From positions 61,155 through 125,154 of IMG/VR virus record IMGVR_UViG_3300027749_000051: a stretch of DNA of 64,000 bases; one strand, written 5' to 3'. The DNA comes from a virus. Within the stretch, counting starts at the first letter, position 1, and every line of letters starts with the position of its first letter. The position numbers and the translations under genes are program-made. Shown here in pieces: positions 37,549 to 46,912 of this stretch. The notes beneath the pieces were generated by a model. That model made no database searches. It was not told the DNA's origin and saw only the letters and a list, made by a program, of their open reading frames with translations.

Positions 37549-37980
37549 ATACTTTGGTTTTTAATAGGCATTATGTTAAGTGGACATATTGTCATATGGC
37601 TCATCACCATATCTAATGGAGATCATATAACATATCTATATGATCCATAAGGTTATAACATATGATCTATATGGGAGGGGAGGATGTTAATAAGATGTTG
37701 ATAACTCCCCCCCATTACCCCCTGTCACCCCCCTCCTCCCTTCCCTACTTGCTTGTATCCCCCCTCCATTATACTGACAAATCGTCATATGGGGGGATAA
37801 TAGTCCATATTTAGGAAAAAAATTTTTGGGTAAAAAATGGGTCATTTTCCCCTCCTGTAATTGGGGAGTAGTTGTTACCCTTGTTTATTGGATGGGTGTA
37901 AGTGTTACCCTTGTTTCCAGAACACGACCCCTTGTTTTGGATGGGTGTCTATATGTCTTCTAAAAATTTTGGAAAAAAAA
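37549..37980. repeat. Non-coding block with C/G homopolymers, A/T tracts and short direct repeats
   Basis: GTTACCCTTGTTT x2, TTGGATGGGTGT x2, TGACA-AAT-CGTCA at 37775, AAAAAAATTTTT tracts. Confidence 0.55.
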
Positions 37981-38544
37981 TTAGGAATTATGGAGTTTGA
38001 GTACATTTTGGGAGAAGGTTATAAGTTCTTCAATGGTTGCATTATTTTTTATTGTATTAGCAAAGAAGGATATAACTTGGACATTTTCTTTGATATAACC
38101 TTTTGAGGAATCTATCCTATCAATTGAGAAATAATTTGGTAATCCCCTATCTTCAGTTTGAGTGGAGATTTTTATGTTGAGGTATGGGCAATATTCGGGG
38201 ATGGTTATATCTTCAACGGAAATGTTAAACTCTCTATTACTTTTTTTTGAATTATCTTTTGCTCTATACCAAATAATATATTCGGGGGATTTCTTTGGTA
38301 TATGTATTTGTTTATCTTTTCCCCCATCGTTTGGTAGTTCTCTTTTTCTTTTCAATGTATCCCAATAAGAGAAATCGTTATTTCCGATTTGGTTGTATAT
38401 TATTTGTTGTTCTTCGGTCATTGGATCTCCTGATTGTGGTAGTATTCCTTTTTGTCTTAGAGCGGCTCTAACTTTTTCTCTTCTTTTTTGTTCTGTTCTT
38501 TTCTCAGGATTTTCTTTTCTCCAAATGTAAGGTCTATATGCCAT
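37981..38544 (-). mobile_element. HNH-type homing endonuclease
   Basis: CPYL...SIDRIDSSKGYIKENVQVISFFANTIK. Confidence 0.85.
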
Positions 38545-38696
38545 AATGAATATTGTTTATATGTAAGTATGGTTATAAATGGGGGATATGTAAATAATAT
38601 TTATTATATTTGTGGGGGACATATCATATGCCGGAATCGTGAAATGATCCCCAACCCCTTTTATTTATTTTGAATATTTATATATAAAATAAAACT

Positions 38697-39287
38697 ATGA
38701 GTAAAGAAATGAGAGAACAAATAAATAAGGTTAAGAATTGGAAACAATTTTTGAATGAAAACCTTTCAGGATATCAATTAAATATTATCTTAGATAAGAT
38801 AAGTGAATTTGGTATAGATTCATTATCAAACCACGAAAAAACTCTTTTAAAATCATATAGTGATAAATCAATTGATGTTAAAAAAGAAATTGAAAAACAT
38901 ATCAATAAATACCAAACATCAAAAAATATCATCAAAACAATACCACTACAAGTAGATGATGAAGAATTTAATAAAAATATTGGTAGATATGTAAAATTCA
39001 AAAAACAAAAGGAATGGCGTAAATTAGGATTACTTGTAAATATGGGTATGATATTTGAAATTGTGGATGTTCAGAAACATTGGGGATATGTTGATGGTAA
39101 ATATATTCCAAATAAAATTGGATACAGAATTGCTGAAGTTGGCGAGGAAAGGGATTTTGGACGAGTTGGTGATATTGATGAAATAGAATTTGTGAATATT
39201 ACAGAAAACGAAGCGATTAATATAAATAAAGAAATTCATTCAAATTTTGAAAAAGGCATATTTCCAAAATGGTATTATAAATCGTAA
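38697..39287 (+). CDS. Hypothetical protein with leader ending FLNE
   Basis: MSKEMREQINKVKNWKQFLNE; TATTTATA upstream. Confidence 0.75.
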   Translation: MSKEMREQINKVKNWKQFLNENLSGYQLNIILDKISEFGIDSLSNHEKTLLKSYSDKSIDVKKEIEKHINKYQTSKNIIKTIPLQVDDEEFNKNIGRYVKFKKQKEWRKLGLLVNMGMIFEIVDVQKHWGYVDGKYIPNKIGYRIAEVGEERDFGRVGDIDEIEFVNITENEAININKEIHSNFEKGIFPKWYYKS

Positions 39288-39346
39288 AATGTGCGTGGGA
39301 ATTTTAAAATAGAATATACCGGATAAAAATAAATACAGTAAAATTT

Positions 39347-39592
39347 ATGGAAAAAATTATAAAAGACGCAACTGAAAAATTGAAAAACGGAACTATCACT
39401 AAAGATGAAGCTGATAAAATTTTATTGGATTTATTTAGTGTTATGCCTTCGTTGCCTACCGAAAAAGAGTTTAAAAATGAAGCAGAGAAAAACGCTTCAA
39501 ATTATAAATGGGCAGAAGGAAATTACAAGGATGGAATAGAACATGGATTTTTAAACGGATGTTATTATTGCACAAATTTTAAAAGGCAATGA
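39347..39592 (+). CDS. Hypothetical protein
   Basis: 81-aa ORF. Confidence 0.6.
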   Translation: MEKIIKDATEKLKNGTITKDEADKILLDLFSVMPSLPTEKEFKNEAEKNASNYKWAEGNYKDGIEHGFLNGCYYCTNFKRQ

Positions 39593-39965
39593 GGTATAAC
39601 TAATAAATAGGTCTGATAAACATAGACCTATACAAATGTAGTATTGTGTATAATGATTGGGGGACATATCATATGCCGGCATTGGAAATAATTCCCAACC
39701 CCTTTTTGTGGTTATGTCTTAATTGTCAAATTATCCCTTTACTTATTTAGGATGTCAGTGTGTTGTCTAAGGTTTCAGAATGTGACCTTAGAGAATATAA
39801 GGTTGGGGGAATTAATATTTTGATGTATATAAAATAACCTCAACATTGTTTGTCGTTCATATTATTGGAAATGTGATTATCAAAATGATTGGGGGATGTG
39901 TTGTATGCCGGAATCAAAAATAATCCCCAACCCCTTTTTTCTTGGGTATAGATATATTTATCAAT

Positions 39966-40475
39966 ATGAAATTTATAATAACAGAAAGTCAGTATAAATT
40001 GTTGGAGTCATTAATTTACGATGACGATATAAAAACGATTGAAGATTTTAAACATAGTATTTCCGATGAAGGTGAATATAAAGATATATTATCTGATATT
40101 ACCGTTGATGATGAATATAAAGACAAGATAAAAAAAGCATTAAATCGAATTAGGGAATTAGTATATTCTTCAGGTGATGACGATGGTATAAGTAATGTTG
40201 AAAAATCCTACGAAACAATTAATCTTGTCAATAGATTAAAGAGAATTAAAAAATTTTTAAATCACCCAATCTATATTAGCGAGTATAAGAATAAAAATGG
40301 TAAAGTTTATATTCAATCCAAAACCGCGGTTAAAGATAAGACCGGCAAGAACAAATGGATTAGTGCCTATGTTGGAGCATTAAAAGATTTTCCTGATGGT
40401 ATCAATTCATCGGATGCATTAATTAAGGGTAAAGCTTTAATGAGAAAAAAAATTGAATCACTATTTAATATATAG
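39966..40475 (+). CDS. Hypothetical protein with MKFIITESQY leader
   Basis: Start moved to ATG 39966. Confidence 0.75.
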   Translation: MKFIITESQYKLLESLIYDDDIKTIEDFKHSISDEGEYKDILSDITVDDEYKDKIKKALNRIRELVYSSGDDDGISNVEKSYETINLVNRLKRIKKFLNHPIYISEYKNKNGKVYIQSKTAVKDKTGKNKWISAYVGALKDFPDGINSSDALIKGKALMRKKIESLFNI

Positions 40476-40479
40476 TATT

Positions 40480-40510
40480 AACCCCATCTTATTCAGGTGG
40501 GGTTTTTTTA
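40480..40510. terminator. Bidirectional intrinsic terminator
   Basis: AACCCCATCT-TATTC-AGGTGGGGTT plus T run between convergent genes. Confidence 0.8.
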
Positions 40511-40675
40511 TGTTTGAGATATTGCATCTGTTGGACATACGACAGCGCAGGATCCGCAGTCGGAACAAATGTTTGGATCTATAATAAAGATGTCCCCTTC
40601 TGTTATTGCGTTTACGGGACATTCGCTTATGCATGATCCACAAGCTATACAATCATCTGATATTTGATATGACAT
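40508..40675 (-). CDS. 2[4Fe-4S] clostridial-type ferredoxin (55 aa)
   Basis: Manual: MSYQISDDCIACGSCISECPVNAITEGDIFIIDPNICSDCGSCAVVCPTDAISQT, two CxxCxxCxxxCP motifs; TATTTATA upstream on minus strand (40685-40692). Not in ORF track. Confidence 0.95.
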   Translation of the reverse strand: MSYQISDDCIACGSCISECPVNAITEGDIFIIDPNICSDCGSCAVVCPTDAISQT

Positions 40676-40761
40676 ATTTTTATTTATAAATATAGGTTAT
40701 ATGCCGGCATTGGAAATAATCCCCCACCCCTTTTTGCTGATGTTGAGTATTTATATGTAAT

Positions 40762-41142
40762 ATGAAATACATAATTACCGAAAATCAATATAGACTGATT
40801 AATGAAGAGGTTAGCCCTCGCCTGAAAGATTTTATTTTTAATAAGTTATTGGAAGATATGAAGGGAGCCGAACTTATTGAAGATAAATTTAGCACCATAT
40901 GGGCAATTGATCCTGACGAGAAGTACTGGTACTTTGTATTGCTAAAAGATGGTACTTTATGGTGGAGACCGGACTTTTTCCATAATTTCTTTAGGTTGTT
41001 TTCATTGGGACAAAAAGAATTTGAGCCACTTATACGAGATATGGTGGGAGACATCTTAAATCGCAAGGTAGGTAAATCAGGCGCTTTTGAATCCTTGCAT
41101 CCTCTTCAGGTGGGAGACATCTTAAATCGCAATAAGAAATGA
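40762..41142 (+). CDS. Array-fused family protein, copy E (leader, 2 repeats)
   Basis: MKYIITENQY leader, W/F-rich domain, VGDILNRK x2. Confidence 0.88.
   Translation: MKYIITENQYRLINEEVSPRLKDFIFNKLLEDMKGAELIEDKFSTIWAIDPDEKYWYFVLLKDGTLWWRPDFFHNFFRLFSLGQKEFEPLIRDMVGDILNRKVGKSGAFESLHPLQVGDILNRNKK
41043..41132 (+). CRISPR. CRISPR-like repeat-spacer-partial repeat E inside CDS
   Basis: GGTGGGAGACATCTTAAATCGCAAGGTAGGTAAATC (41043-41078), 30-nt spacer, 24-nt identical truncated repeat (41109-41132). Confidence 0.6.
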
Positions 41143-41414
41143 AATACATTATCACTGAAGACCAAAAAATAACACTTATGAATAAAAGTGATTGGAAAGA
41201 AGACAACAATAAACTTGCCAAAACATATTATTTTAAAAATTATAAAGAAGTTATGCCATTTGTTAATCAGGTAATGAAAATTGCAGATAAACAAAATCAT
41301 CATCCTGATATGACCGTTCATTATGATAATGTGAAATTATCTATTACTGACCACGATAAGGGTGGAGTATCCGAAAAATGTTTTAAATTTACCAATGCTG
41401 TTGATAAAATCTAA
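41139..41414 (+). CDS. phhB: Pterin-4-alpha-carbinolamine dehydratase with MKYIITE leader
   Basis: DW...LAKTYYFKNY...FVNQV...ADKQNHHPD...ITDHDKGGVSEK. Confidence 0.85.
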   Translation: MKYIITEDQKITLMNKSDWKEDNNKLAKTYYFKNYKEVMPFVNQVMKIADKQNHHPDMTVHYDNVKLSITDHDKGGVSEKCFKFTNAVDKI

Positions 41415-41420
41415 GAATTA

Positions 41421-41732
41421 ATGAAATACATTATCACTGAAGACCAATTAATTCGTAACGCCAAAAGAAGAGTATTATCATCTGTTGATGACTATTTTGA
41501 TAATACCCTAGAACATTATTTCCATCTTGGAAAATTATGCAAATCGTATCCAACCGCAGATGGCTTCTATGATGATGTAATCAAATCTTGCCTTGAAGTA
41601 ATTTATTGGAATTATGAGTACTGGGAATCAAATGGACCAGAATGGAAGACAATTGAAAAAATGATCTCCGATTATATCGAATCAGATTATAAAGATCATA
41701 TCTATCAATATTATAAATCAAAATGTAACTAA
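41421..41732 (+). CDS. Hypothetical protein with MKYIITE leader
   Basis: First 27 nt identical to those of 41139. Confidence 0.75.
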   Translation: MKYIITEDQLIRNAKRRVLSSVDDYFDNTLEHYFHLGKLCKSYPTADGFYDDVIKSCLEVIYWNYEYWESNGPEWKTIEKMISDYIESDYKDHIYQYYKSKCN

Positions 41733-41810
41733 TCCCCCTGTCTAAAGATTGGGGGTTTTTTATATGACGAAGTCAGAATTAATCCTTACCCTTTATATTT
41801 ATAATAAGAT

Positions 41811-42782
41811 ATGCCAACAATAGTTATAAAATCAGGAACAACTGCCATTGCAGGGGCAACCGTTTATGGAAGTTTTAGTTACTTCTCAGGTGATACAACC
41901 CATGACTTGGGACCAACAAGTTCAACGGGTTTTTATTCAGGTATTGATGCACCAGTTGGTGGATATACTGTCTATGGTCTTGGTGGATCAAATAGTATTA
42001 CAATGAGGGTTGCAACAAGTGGTGCCGAGTTAAACAGTATTCTAATACAAGATGGAGCAACAGGATCAACTTTATCACAAAATCTTACATGGGGATCAAG
42101 TACCGGATTGGTATTTATTAATAGTGGATCAACTACAGTTATTACAAGTGGATTAACTTTAAACTTGGATGCGGGTGATCCTGCAAGTTATCCTGGAACA
42201 GGAACAACATGGACTGATTTAAGTGGCAGCGGGAATACTGGAACATTAGTAGGCGGTCCAACTTTTACTTCCGCTAATGGTGGAAGTATTATACTTAATG
42301 GTTCAACTAATTATGTGAGTTGTGGGACTGGTTTAACTTCTTCAAGTGTGTTTACCTATTCTTTCTGGATTTATCCTACAACAAGCGCCACTCCTAGAAC
42401 TTTGGTAGGAAATGGTAGTAATGTCGCAGGACCTCAAATGAGACTTGGAAACGCAAATAAAATAGAATTAAATGCGCAAAACACAGCATTGATAGGAACC
42501 TCAACTGGAACAGTACCTACTTCAGGTTGGACTTTTGCAACAGTAACATACACAGGAACTGATTATGCATTTTATATCAATGGATCCCAAAGTGGTACAG
42601 GTAGTAATACAAAAAATTTAGTTGTTACCGCTGTTACATGGATTGGAGCAAGAAGTTTTGGTCCTAGTTTACTTGAATTGTTTACAGGAAATATTGCAAT
42701 GGCTTTAAAATACAATCGTGTTCTTTCATCAGCAGAAGTCCTACAAAACTATAATTCAACAAAAGCACGATTTGGATTGTAA
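41811..42782 (+). CDS. LamG/concanavalin-A-like domain protein (probable virion protein)
   Basis: LNLDAGDPASYPGTGTTWTDLSG...YINGS...YNRVLSSAEVLQNYNSTKARFGL. Confidence 0.85.
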   Translation: MPTIVIKSGTTAIAGATVYGSFSYFSGDTTHDLGPTSSTGFYSGIDAPVGGYTVYGLGGSNSITMRVATSGAELNSILIQDGATGSTLSQNLTWGSSTGLVFINSGSTTVITSGLTLNLDAGDPASYPGTGTTWTDLSGSGNTGTLVGGPTFTSANGGSIILNGSTNYVSCGTGLTSSSVFTYSFWIYPTTSATPRTLVGNGSNVAGPQMRLGNANKIELNAQNTALIGTSTGTVPTSGWTFATVTYTGTDYAFYINGSQSGTGSNTKNLVVTAVTWIGARSFGPSLLELFTGNIAMALKYNRVLSSAEVLQNYNSTKARFGL

Positions 42783-42877
42783 TTAAAATAATTCATTCCC
42801 CATCTCGTACCCCCTTTTCTTTATGATTTAATTTAATTATATTTTGTCTGTGTGGCAAAAATTAAAACTATAAACAT

Positions 42878-43189
42878 ATGGAAACAGTAATTTTGGTATC
42901 AGTTTTATCAACCATAGGTGTAGTCGCGGTTCTTTTGAGTGTTGTGATTGCGTTTGTGAAGTTGAAAGGTAAGGTTGATGTTGTAGAACATAATAATCAG
43001 ATAAGATCAATCTATGATGGCATGGATAGAAATAATCAATCTCGTTATATTAAAGAAGATAAATTGGAAGAACAGATTGGACGGGTGCAAATCGAATTAA
43101 ATGCGGAGATTCAATCATTGAATAAGTTGTTAGATTCAAGATGTGATAAATTAGATTCAAAAATAAAATCATTATCCGCCGAATTATAG
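42878..43189 (+). CDS. Membrane-anchored coiled-coil protein
   Basis: N-terminal TM helix, heptad C-terminus. Confidence 0.7.
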   Translation: METVILVSVLSTIGVVAVLLSVVIAFVKLKGKVDVVEHNNQIRSIYDGMDRNNQSRYIKEDKLEEQIGRVQIELNAEIQSLNKLLDSRCDKLDSKIKSLSAEL

Positions 43190-43276
43190 GCGAGATAATA
43201 TAAACAATTTGCCACATATTAACCCCATCTTCATAGGTGGGGTTTTTTATTACAAAAAAACAAATATTTATATTAG

Positions 43277-44047
43277 ATGGATAATAGATTACAAGAAATA
43301 TTTAACAAGTATAATGTTACCGAAAAGAACAATTCTATTGGTAATTTAAAAAAACTTGAGAAAACAATATCTGAACTTCAAAAGTTAGATAAGGTATTGT
43401 TATTAACATGCTCAAATAGATATAACTGGGATCCAAATAATATTGATATTCCCAAATCAACAATTCTTGCAATGGTAATCGATGAATATCTAAATGATAA
43501 ATCGGTTCTAATTGATGTTCCTGAATTACATATTACACCCTGTGAAGGAAATGTCTCAAGGAAAGATGGTAATTCTTGCGGATTGTTGAAAGCCAAATTA
43601 AAAGATAAAAATAAAAACCCAACAGGTAATCATAGATGTTGGGCGAGTCTCAATGATAAAAATGATGAACTTTGGAAAATATCTAAAGAATTATTTGAAT
43701 CAAATGCTGTCATATTTTTTACATCAATAAGATGGGGTCAAGCAAATATGTACTACCAAAAATTAATTGAACGGTTAACTTGGATTGAGAATAGATATAC
43801 GACTTTGGGAGAATCAAATCTTGTTGAGAATATACAAAGTGGGTTTATTTGTAGTGGACAAAATTGGAAGGGTATGGATGTTGTTGATACTCAGAAAAAA
43901 GTTCATGCATTTTATGGATTTAAACCAAATAATAATTTTTATTGGAATTGGCAATTTACAGATAAAAGTACGGATGAATCTAAAGAATCGTATAAAGAAG
44001 CATTTCCAAGTTTTGTGAAAAAATTTGATTTAAATAAGTTATTATAA
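43277..44047 (+). CDS. Flavodoxin-like / NADPH-dependent FMN reductase family protein
   Basis: LLLTCSNR...KST, ITPCEG...CG...C, SNAVIFFTSIRWG...QKLIERL. Confidence 0.7.
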   Translation: MDNRLQEIFNKYNVTEKNNSIGNLKKLEKTISELQKLDKVLLLTCSNRYNWDPNNIDIPKSTILAMVIDEYLNDKSVLIDVPELHITPCEGNVSRKDGNSCGLLKAKLKDKNKNPTGNHRCWASLNDKNDELWKISKELFESNAVIFFTSIRWGQANMYYQKLIERLTWIENRYTTLGESNLVENIQSGFICSGQNWKGMDVVDTQKKVHAFYGFKPNNNFYWNWQFTDKSTDESKESYKEAFPSFVKKFDLNKLL

Positions 44048-44051
44048 TAAT

Positions 44052-44915
44052 ATGAAATACATTATAACCAAAGACCAATATAGATTGATTAATGAAGAGG
44101 TTAATCCAAGATTGAAGGAGATTATCTTCAAGAAGCTATTAAATGATCTGAAGGATGTTGAAATTATTGAAGATCCTGAAAATGGAGATATATGGGCCAT
44201 TGATCCTGAAAAAAAATATTGGTATTTTCAATTGAAAAAAAGCGGACTTTTATGGTGGAGATGGGATTTTTTCAATAATTTTTTCAGGGTGTTTTCAATG
44301 GAACAAAAACAATATGAACCACTTATAAGATCTATGGTGGAAGACCTATTAAATCGTAAGGTAGTCACATCTGTTAAGACAGGTGCTAAAGAGGTTGAGG
44401 TGGTGGAAGACCTATTAAATCGTAAGGTAGGCACATCTGATGGACGTAATTCTGTTCTTAAGGCTAAGGTGGAAGACCTATTAAATCGTAAGGTAGGCAC
44501 ATCCTATTTTAAATGGTCCAATAATGATGATCTGGTGGAAGACCTATTAAATCGTAAGGTAGGATCATCACTTAAAGAAGATTTGGCGGTATGGTTTGGA
44601 ACAAAGAAAAAACCAAAAGGTAGCAAACAACCTGCAGGACCTTGGGTTAATATATGTCGTAAAGATAAAGACGGAAAACATCCTCCTTGTGGTAGATCTG
44701 AAGCAAGTGATAAGGGATATCCAAAATGTCGTGCGGCTGGTGTTGCAGGTAAGATGAGCGACTCAGAAAAAAAATCGGCTTGTCAACAAAAAAGAAAAGC
44801 AGAAAAATCACATTCTAAATCAGGAACTGGAAACAAACCTAAGATGACTCATTATGAACCAAAAAATGAGCAATTACATCCTATTATTAGAAGATCAATA
44901 AGAGAATCTCTTTAA
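44052..44915 (+). CDS. Array-fused family protein, copy F, with extra Cys/Lys-rich C-terminal domain
   Basis: Leader + domain + VEDLLNRKV x4, then WFG...GPWVNIC...HPPCGR...YPKCR domain. Confidence 0.88.
   Translation: MKYIITKDQYRLINEEVNPRLKEIIFKKLLNDLKDVEIIEDPENGDIWAIDPEKKYWYFQLKKSGLLWWRWDFFNNFFRVFSMEQKQYEPLIRSMVEDLLNRKVVTSVKTGAKEVEVVEDLLNRKVGTSDGRNSVLKAKVEDLLNRKVGTSYFKWSNNDDLVEDLLNRKVGSSLKEDLAVWFGTKKKPKGSKQPAGPWVNICRKDKDGKHPPCGRSEASDKGYPKCRAAGVAGKMSDSEKKSACQQKRKAEKSHSKSGTGNKPKMTHYEPKNEQLHPIIRRSIRESL
44336..44569 (+). CRISPR. CRISPR-like mini-array F inside CDS (4 repeats, 3 spacers of 30 nt)
   Basis: GGTGGAAGACCTATTAAATCGTAAGGTAG(T/G)CACATC at 44336, 44402, 44468; variant ending GGATCATC at 44534. 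Confidence 0.8.
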
Positions 44916-44925
44916 TATTGTTGAA

Positions 44926-45195
44926 TTAACAATATGCTCCAGAACAATGTCTATTTCCATCAAGCCCTTTAATTCTACCTTGACATACTTGAACGGCGTA
45001 GCCATTACTGTAAGCTGAGGGGTAGACTTTAAACTTAGCCTTCGCAGCTGCTTTACCTCTCGCACAAAGTTTAGTTCCTGACTTTTTCCTACTTTCCTGA
45101 ATGTCTTCAGATTGTCCTTTGATTTGTTCTTCTAAAACTTTTTTTACTAAAGATGAAATATCTTTTTCAGTTAACCTAATTACTTTAGTTCCCAT
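44926..45195 (-). CDS. Small basic protein with PSAY motif (DUF5872-like) and IRLTE leader
   Basis: KLCARGKAAAKAKFKVYPSAYSNGYAVQVC. Confidence 0.7.
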   Translation of the reverse strand: MGTKVIRLTEKDISSLVKKVLEEQIKGQSEDIQESRKKSGTKLCARGKAAAKAKFKVYPSAYSNGYAVQVCQGRIKGLDGNRHCSGAYC

Positions 45196-45269
45196 ATTAT
45201 TAATATATTTAAATAAATATCGTAGAGTTAACTATTGTAGTTACGATATATTTATATATAAACTAAAAT

Positions 45270-45443
45270 ATGAAACATTTATTAAACGATTTATCAGAAC
45301 TGGAGAAGAATAGTATCCGTGAACAACATACAGGAGGAATGAAAGTTATGACCGAGAATTTCTCAAGGTTATTAAACTCAAAGTCTGGAGATGTTAAGAC
45401 ATTGGTTGAAGAACAAGCTAAACCCGACAAGGAAAATTTGTAA
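45270..45443 (+). CDS. 57-aa hypothetical protein
   Basis: Manual: MKHLLNDLSELEKNSIREQHTGGMKVMTENFSRLLNSKSGDVKTLVEEQAKPDKENL; TATTTATA upstream, terminator downstream. Confidence 0.7.
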   Translation: MKHLLNDLSELEKNSIREQHTGGMKVMTENFSRLLNSKSGDVKTLVEEQAKPDKENL

Positions 45444-45456
45444 TCCAATTTAGTTA

Positions 45457-45485
45457 AAACCCCTCCCCATAAAGGTGGGGTTTTT
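45457..45485 (+). terminator. Intrinsic terminator (shared CCCTCCCCATAAAGG core)
   Basis: Near-identical hairpins at 45457, 46326 and 48104. Confidence 0.8.
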
Positions 45486-45510
45486 ATATAACAAAGTAAT
45501 TATATATAAG

Positions 45511-46326
45511 ATGAATAAAAGTTATAGTAAGATAAAACATATACAAGAGGTTAATCAAAAATTGGAAAAAATGTTTTTGATTGAGCAATCTGCAATATCA
45601 ACACCTCCCACAAGTATAACAAAACAAACGCAACCTTATGCTGGTAGTGATAGAGTTGCATCTATGGCCGCCAACCAAAAACAATTAAACCAACAAACTA
45701 TAGATATTAATACTTGGAAAGCCAAAGATGGTAAAACTACCTTTGATCAAGTAATGGAAAAATTCCGTGAAGGATTATATTCTGATACAGGAATTGCTAT
45801 TGAGCTTATTTTGGATTTTACAGGATTTGCGGCGCCTGCGGTTATTACCGCATTTGGAACCATGTTTGCATATGACGTATATCTTGCAACAGAAAAAGGA
45901 AATGTTAATTATCTTAATCTTATTGCAGATTTATTAGGAATTGTTTCTAGCGGAGCGATTTCTAAATTTTTATCACCAATCGTAAAAAGTGGAAAATCAT
46001 TTGCGAGAATTGAGGAGGCCATTGCATATATAAAATCGTCATCTGTAGGGGCAAAGATTCTTCCATATTTGAAAATGATTGAAACATCTATTGGAGTTAT
46101 TGGATCATGGATATCAAAAGGAATTACATGGATTGTGGAGAATACAAATATTAAAATGTTTAAATCTATTGAACCAAAAATTACTTCATTTTTTAGTGAC
46201 TTATCATCAGGTTTGGTAAAACAAGTTAAAGGAGAAGTTGAATGGCGTGTCAATAAAACTCCAACTGAATATTCTCACGAATTGTCTAAGGAAACACCCC
46301 TTACCCCAAATACGTCTCCCTCATAA
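45511..46326 (+). CDS. Hypothetical protein with MNKSYSKI leader and hydrophobic hairpin
   Basis: Leader shared with 50342; start moved to ATG 45511. Confidence 0.75.
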   Translation: MNKSYSKIKHIQEVNQKLEKMFLIEQSAISTPPTSITKQTQPYAGSDRVASMAANQKQLNQQTIDINTWKAKDGKTTFDQVMEKFREGLYSDTGIAIELILDFTGFAAPAVITAFGTMFAYDVYLATEKGNVNYLNLIADLLGIVSSGAISKFLSPIVKSGKSFARIEEAIAYIKSSSVGAKILPYLKMIETSIGVIGSWISKGITWIVENTNIKMFKSIEPKITSFFSDLSSGLVKQVKGEVEWRVNKTPTEYSHELSKETPLTPNTSPS

Positions 46327-46360
46327 AAACCCCTCCCCATAAAGGAGGGTTTTTTATGCG

Positions 46361-46912
46361 TTAAGGTCCTGTCCGAGTTAAAGTAAGGATCATTTTATAT
46401 TCTGGTCCGTTTTTTCCATATGGTGCAAAGTCCATACCTGATAACTGAATCCCTTCAGGTAAATCACTATCCACATGAAATGTTATTTTCCGATATGAGT
46501 TATCGTTAAGTGGGCTATAATCAAACTGAATTTTTCCAAGATCATAGTCATCATAACTATAAGGAACTCTATTATAGAATATTTCTTTTGGTGATTCACC
46601 ATATTGCCATCTGTCCCTCAACAATCCTGTTGTTGTTCTCATTACCCAATTCAGTCTAATTGTTGAATAGTCAAAGTCCATATAAAAGTCATTGACCTTT
46701 ATATAACTAAATGGGTGTGGTAAAAATGGATCCTTAAAGATGGCGTTAGATAGATAGACACTATCCTTTTGAAATGCATGCGATGTTGTTATGATAGTTA
46801 ATTTACTCACAACATATTTTCCGCTTAAGGTTAACTCAGTTGTCCCTGTGGTATATTTCTCACAAGAAATAAAAAGGAAGGGAAAGATTAAAAAGTATAT
46901 CAGTTTTTTCAT
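46361..46912 (-). CDS. Predicted lipoprotein
   Basis: MKKLIYFLIFPFLFISC lipobox. Confidence 0.75.
   Translation of the reverse strand: MKKLIYFLIFPFLFISCEKYTTGTTELTLSGKYVVSKLTIITTSHAFQKDSVYLSNAIFKDPFLPHPFSYIKVNDFYMDFDYSTIRLNWVMRTTTGLLRDRWQYGESPKEIFYNRVPYSYDDYDLGKIQFDYSPLNDNSYRKITFHVDSDLPEGIQLSGMDFAPYGKNGPEYKMILTLTRTGP

Larger units (their letters stand above)
38613..40735 (+). repeat. Dispersed ~50-bp intergenic repeat, 4 copies
   Basis: 38613-38662, 39658-39707, 39890-39939, 40699-40735; core ATGCCGG(A/C)AT-N3-AAAT(A/G)AT(C/T)CCC(A/C)ACCCCTTTT; 3 copies preceded by TGGGGGA. Confidence 0.85.

Noticed and set aside
40461-40652. 63-aa minus-strand ORF from the track
   Set aside because: Wrong frame; the overlapping frame encodes a clear ferredoxin (40508-40675).
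24174-44569. Diversity-generating retroelement as the source of the variable segments
   Set aside because: No reverse transcriptase in the window, no template/variable repeat pair, and spacers vary at all positions rather than only at adenines. An RT elsewhere in the genome cannot be excluded.
24174-44569. Type III toxin-antitoxin or TIGR-type arrays
   Set aside because: Type III antitoxin repeats are contiguous, non-coding and upstream of the toxin; no box C/D-like dual-spacer layout or Nop-domain gene is seen.
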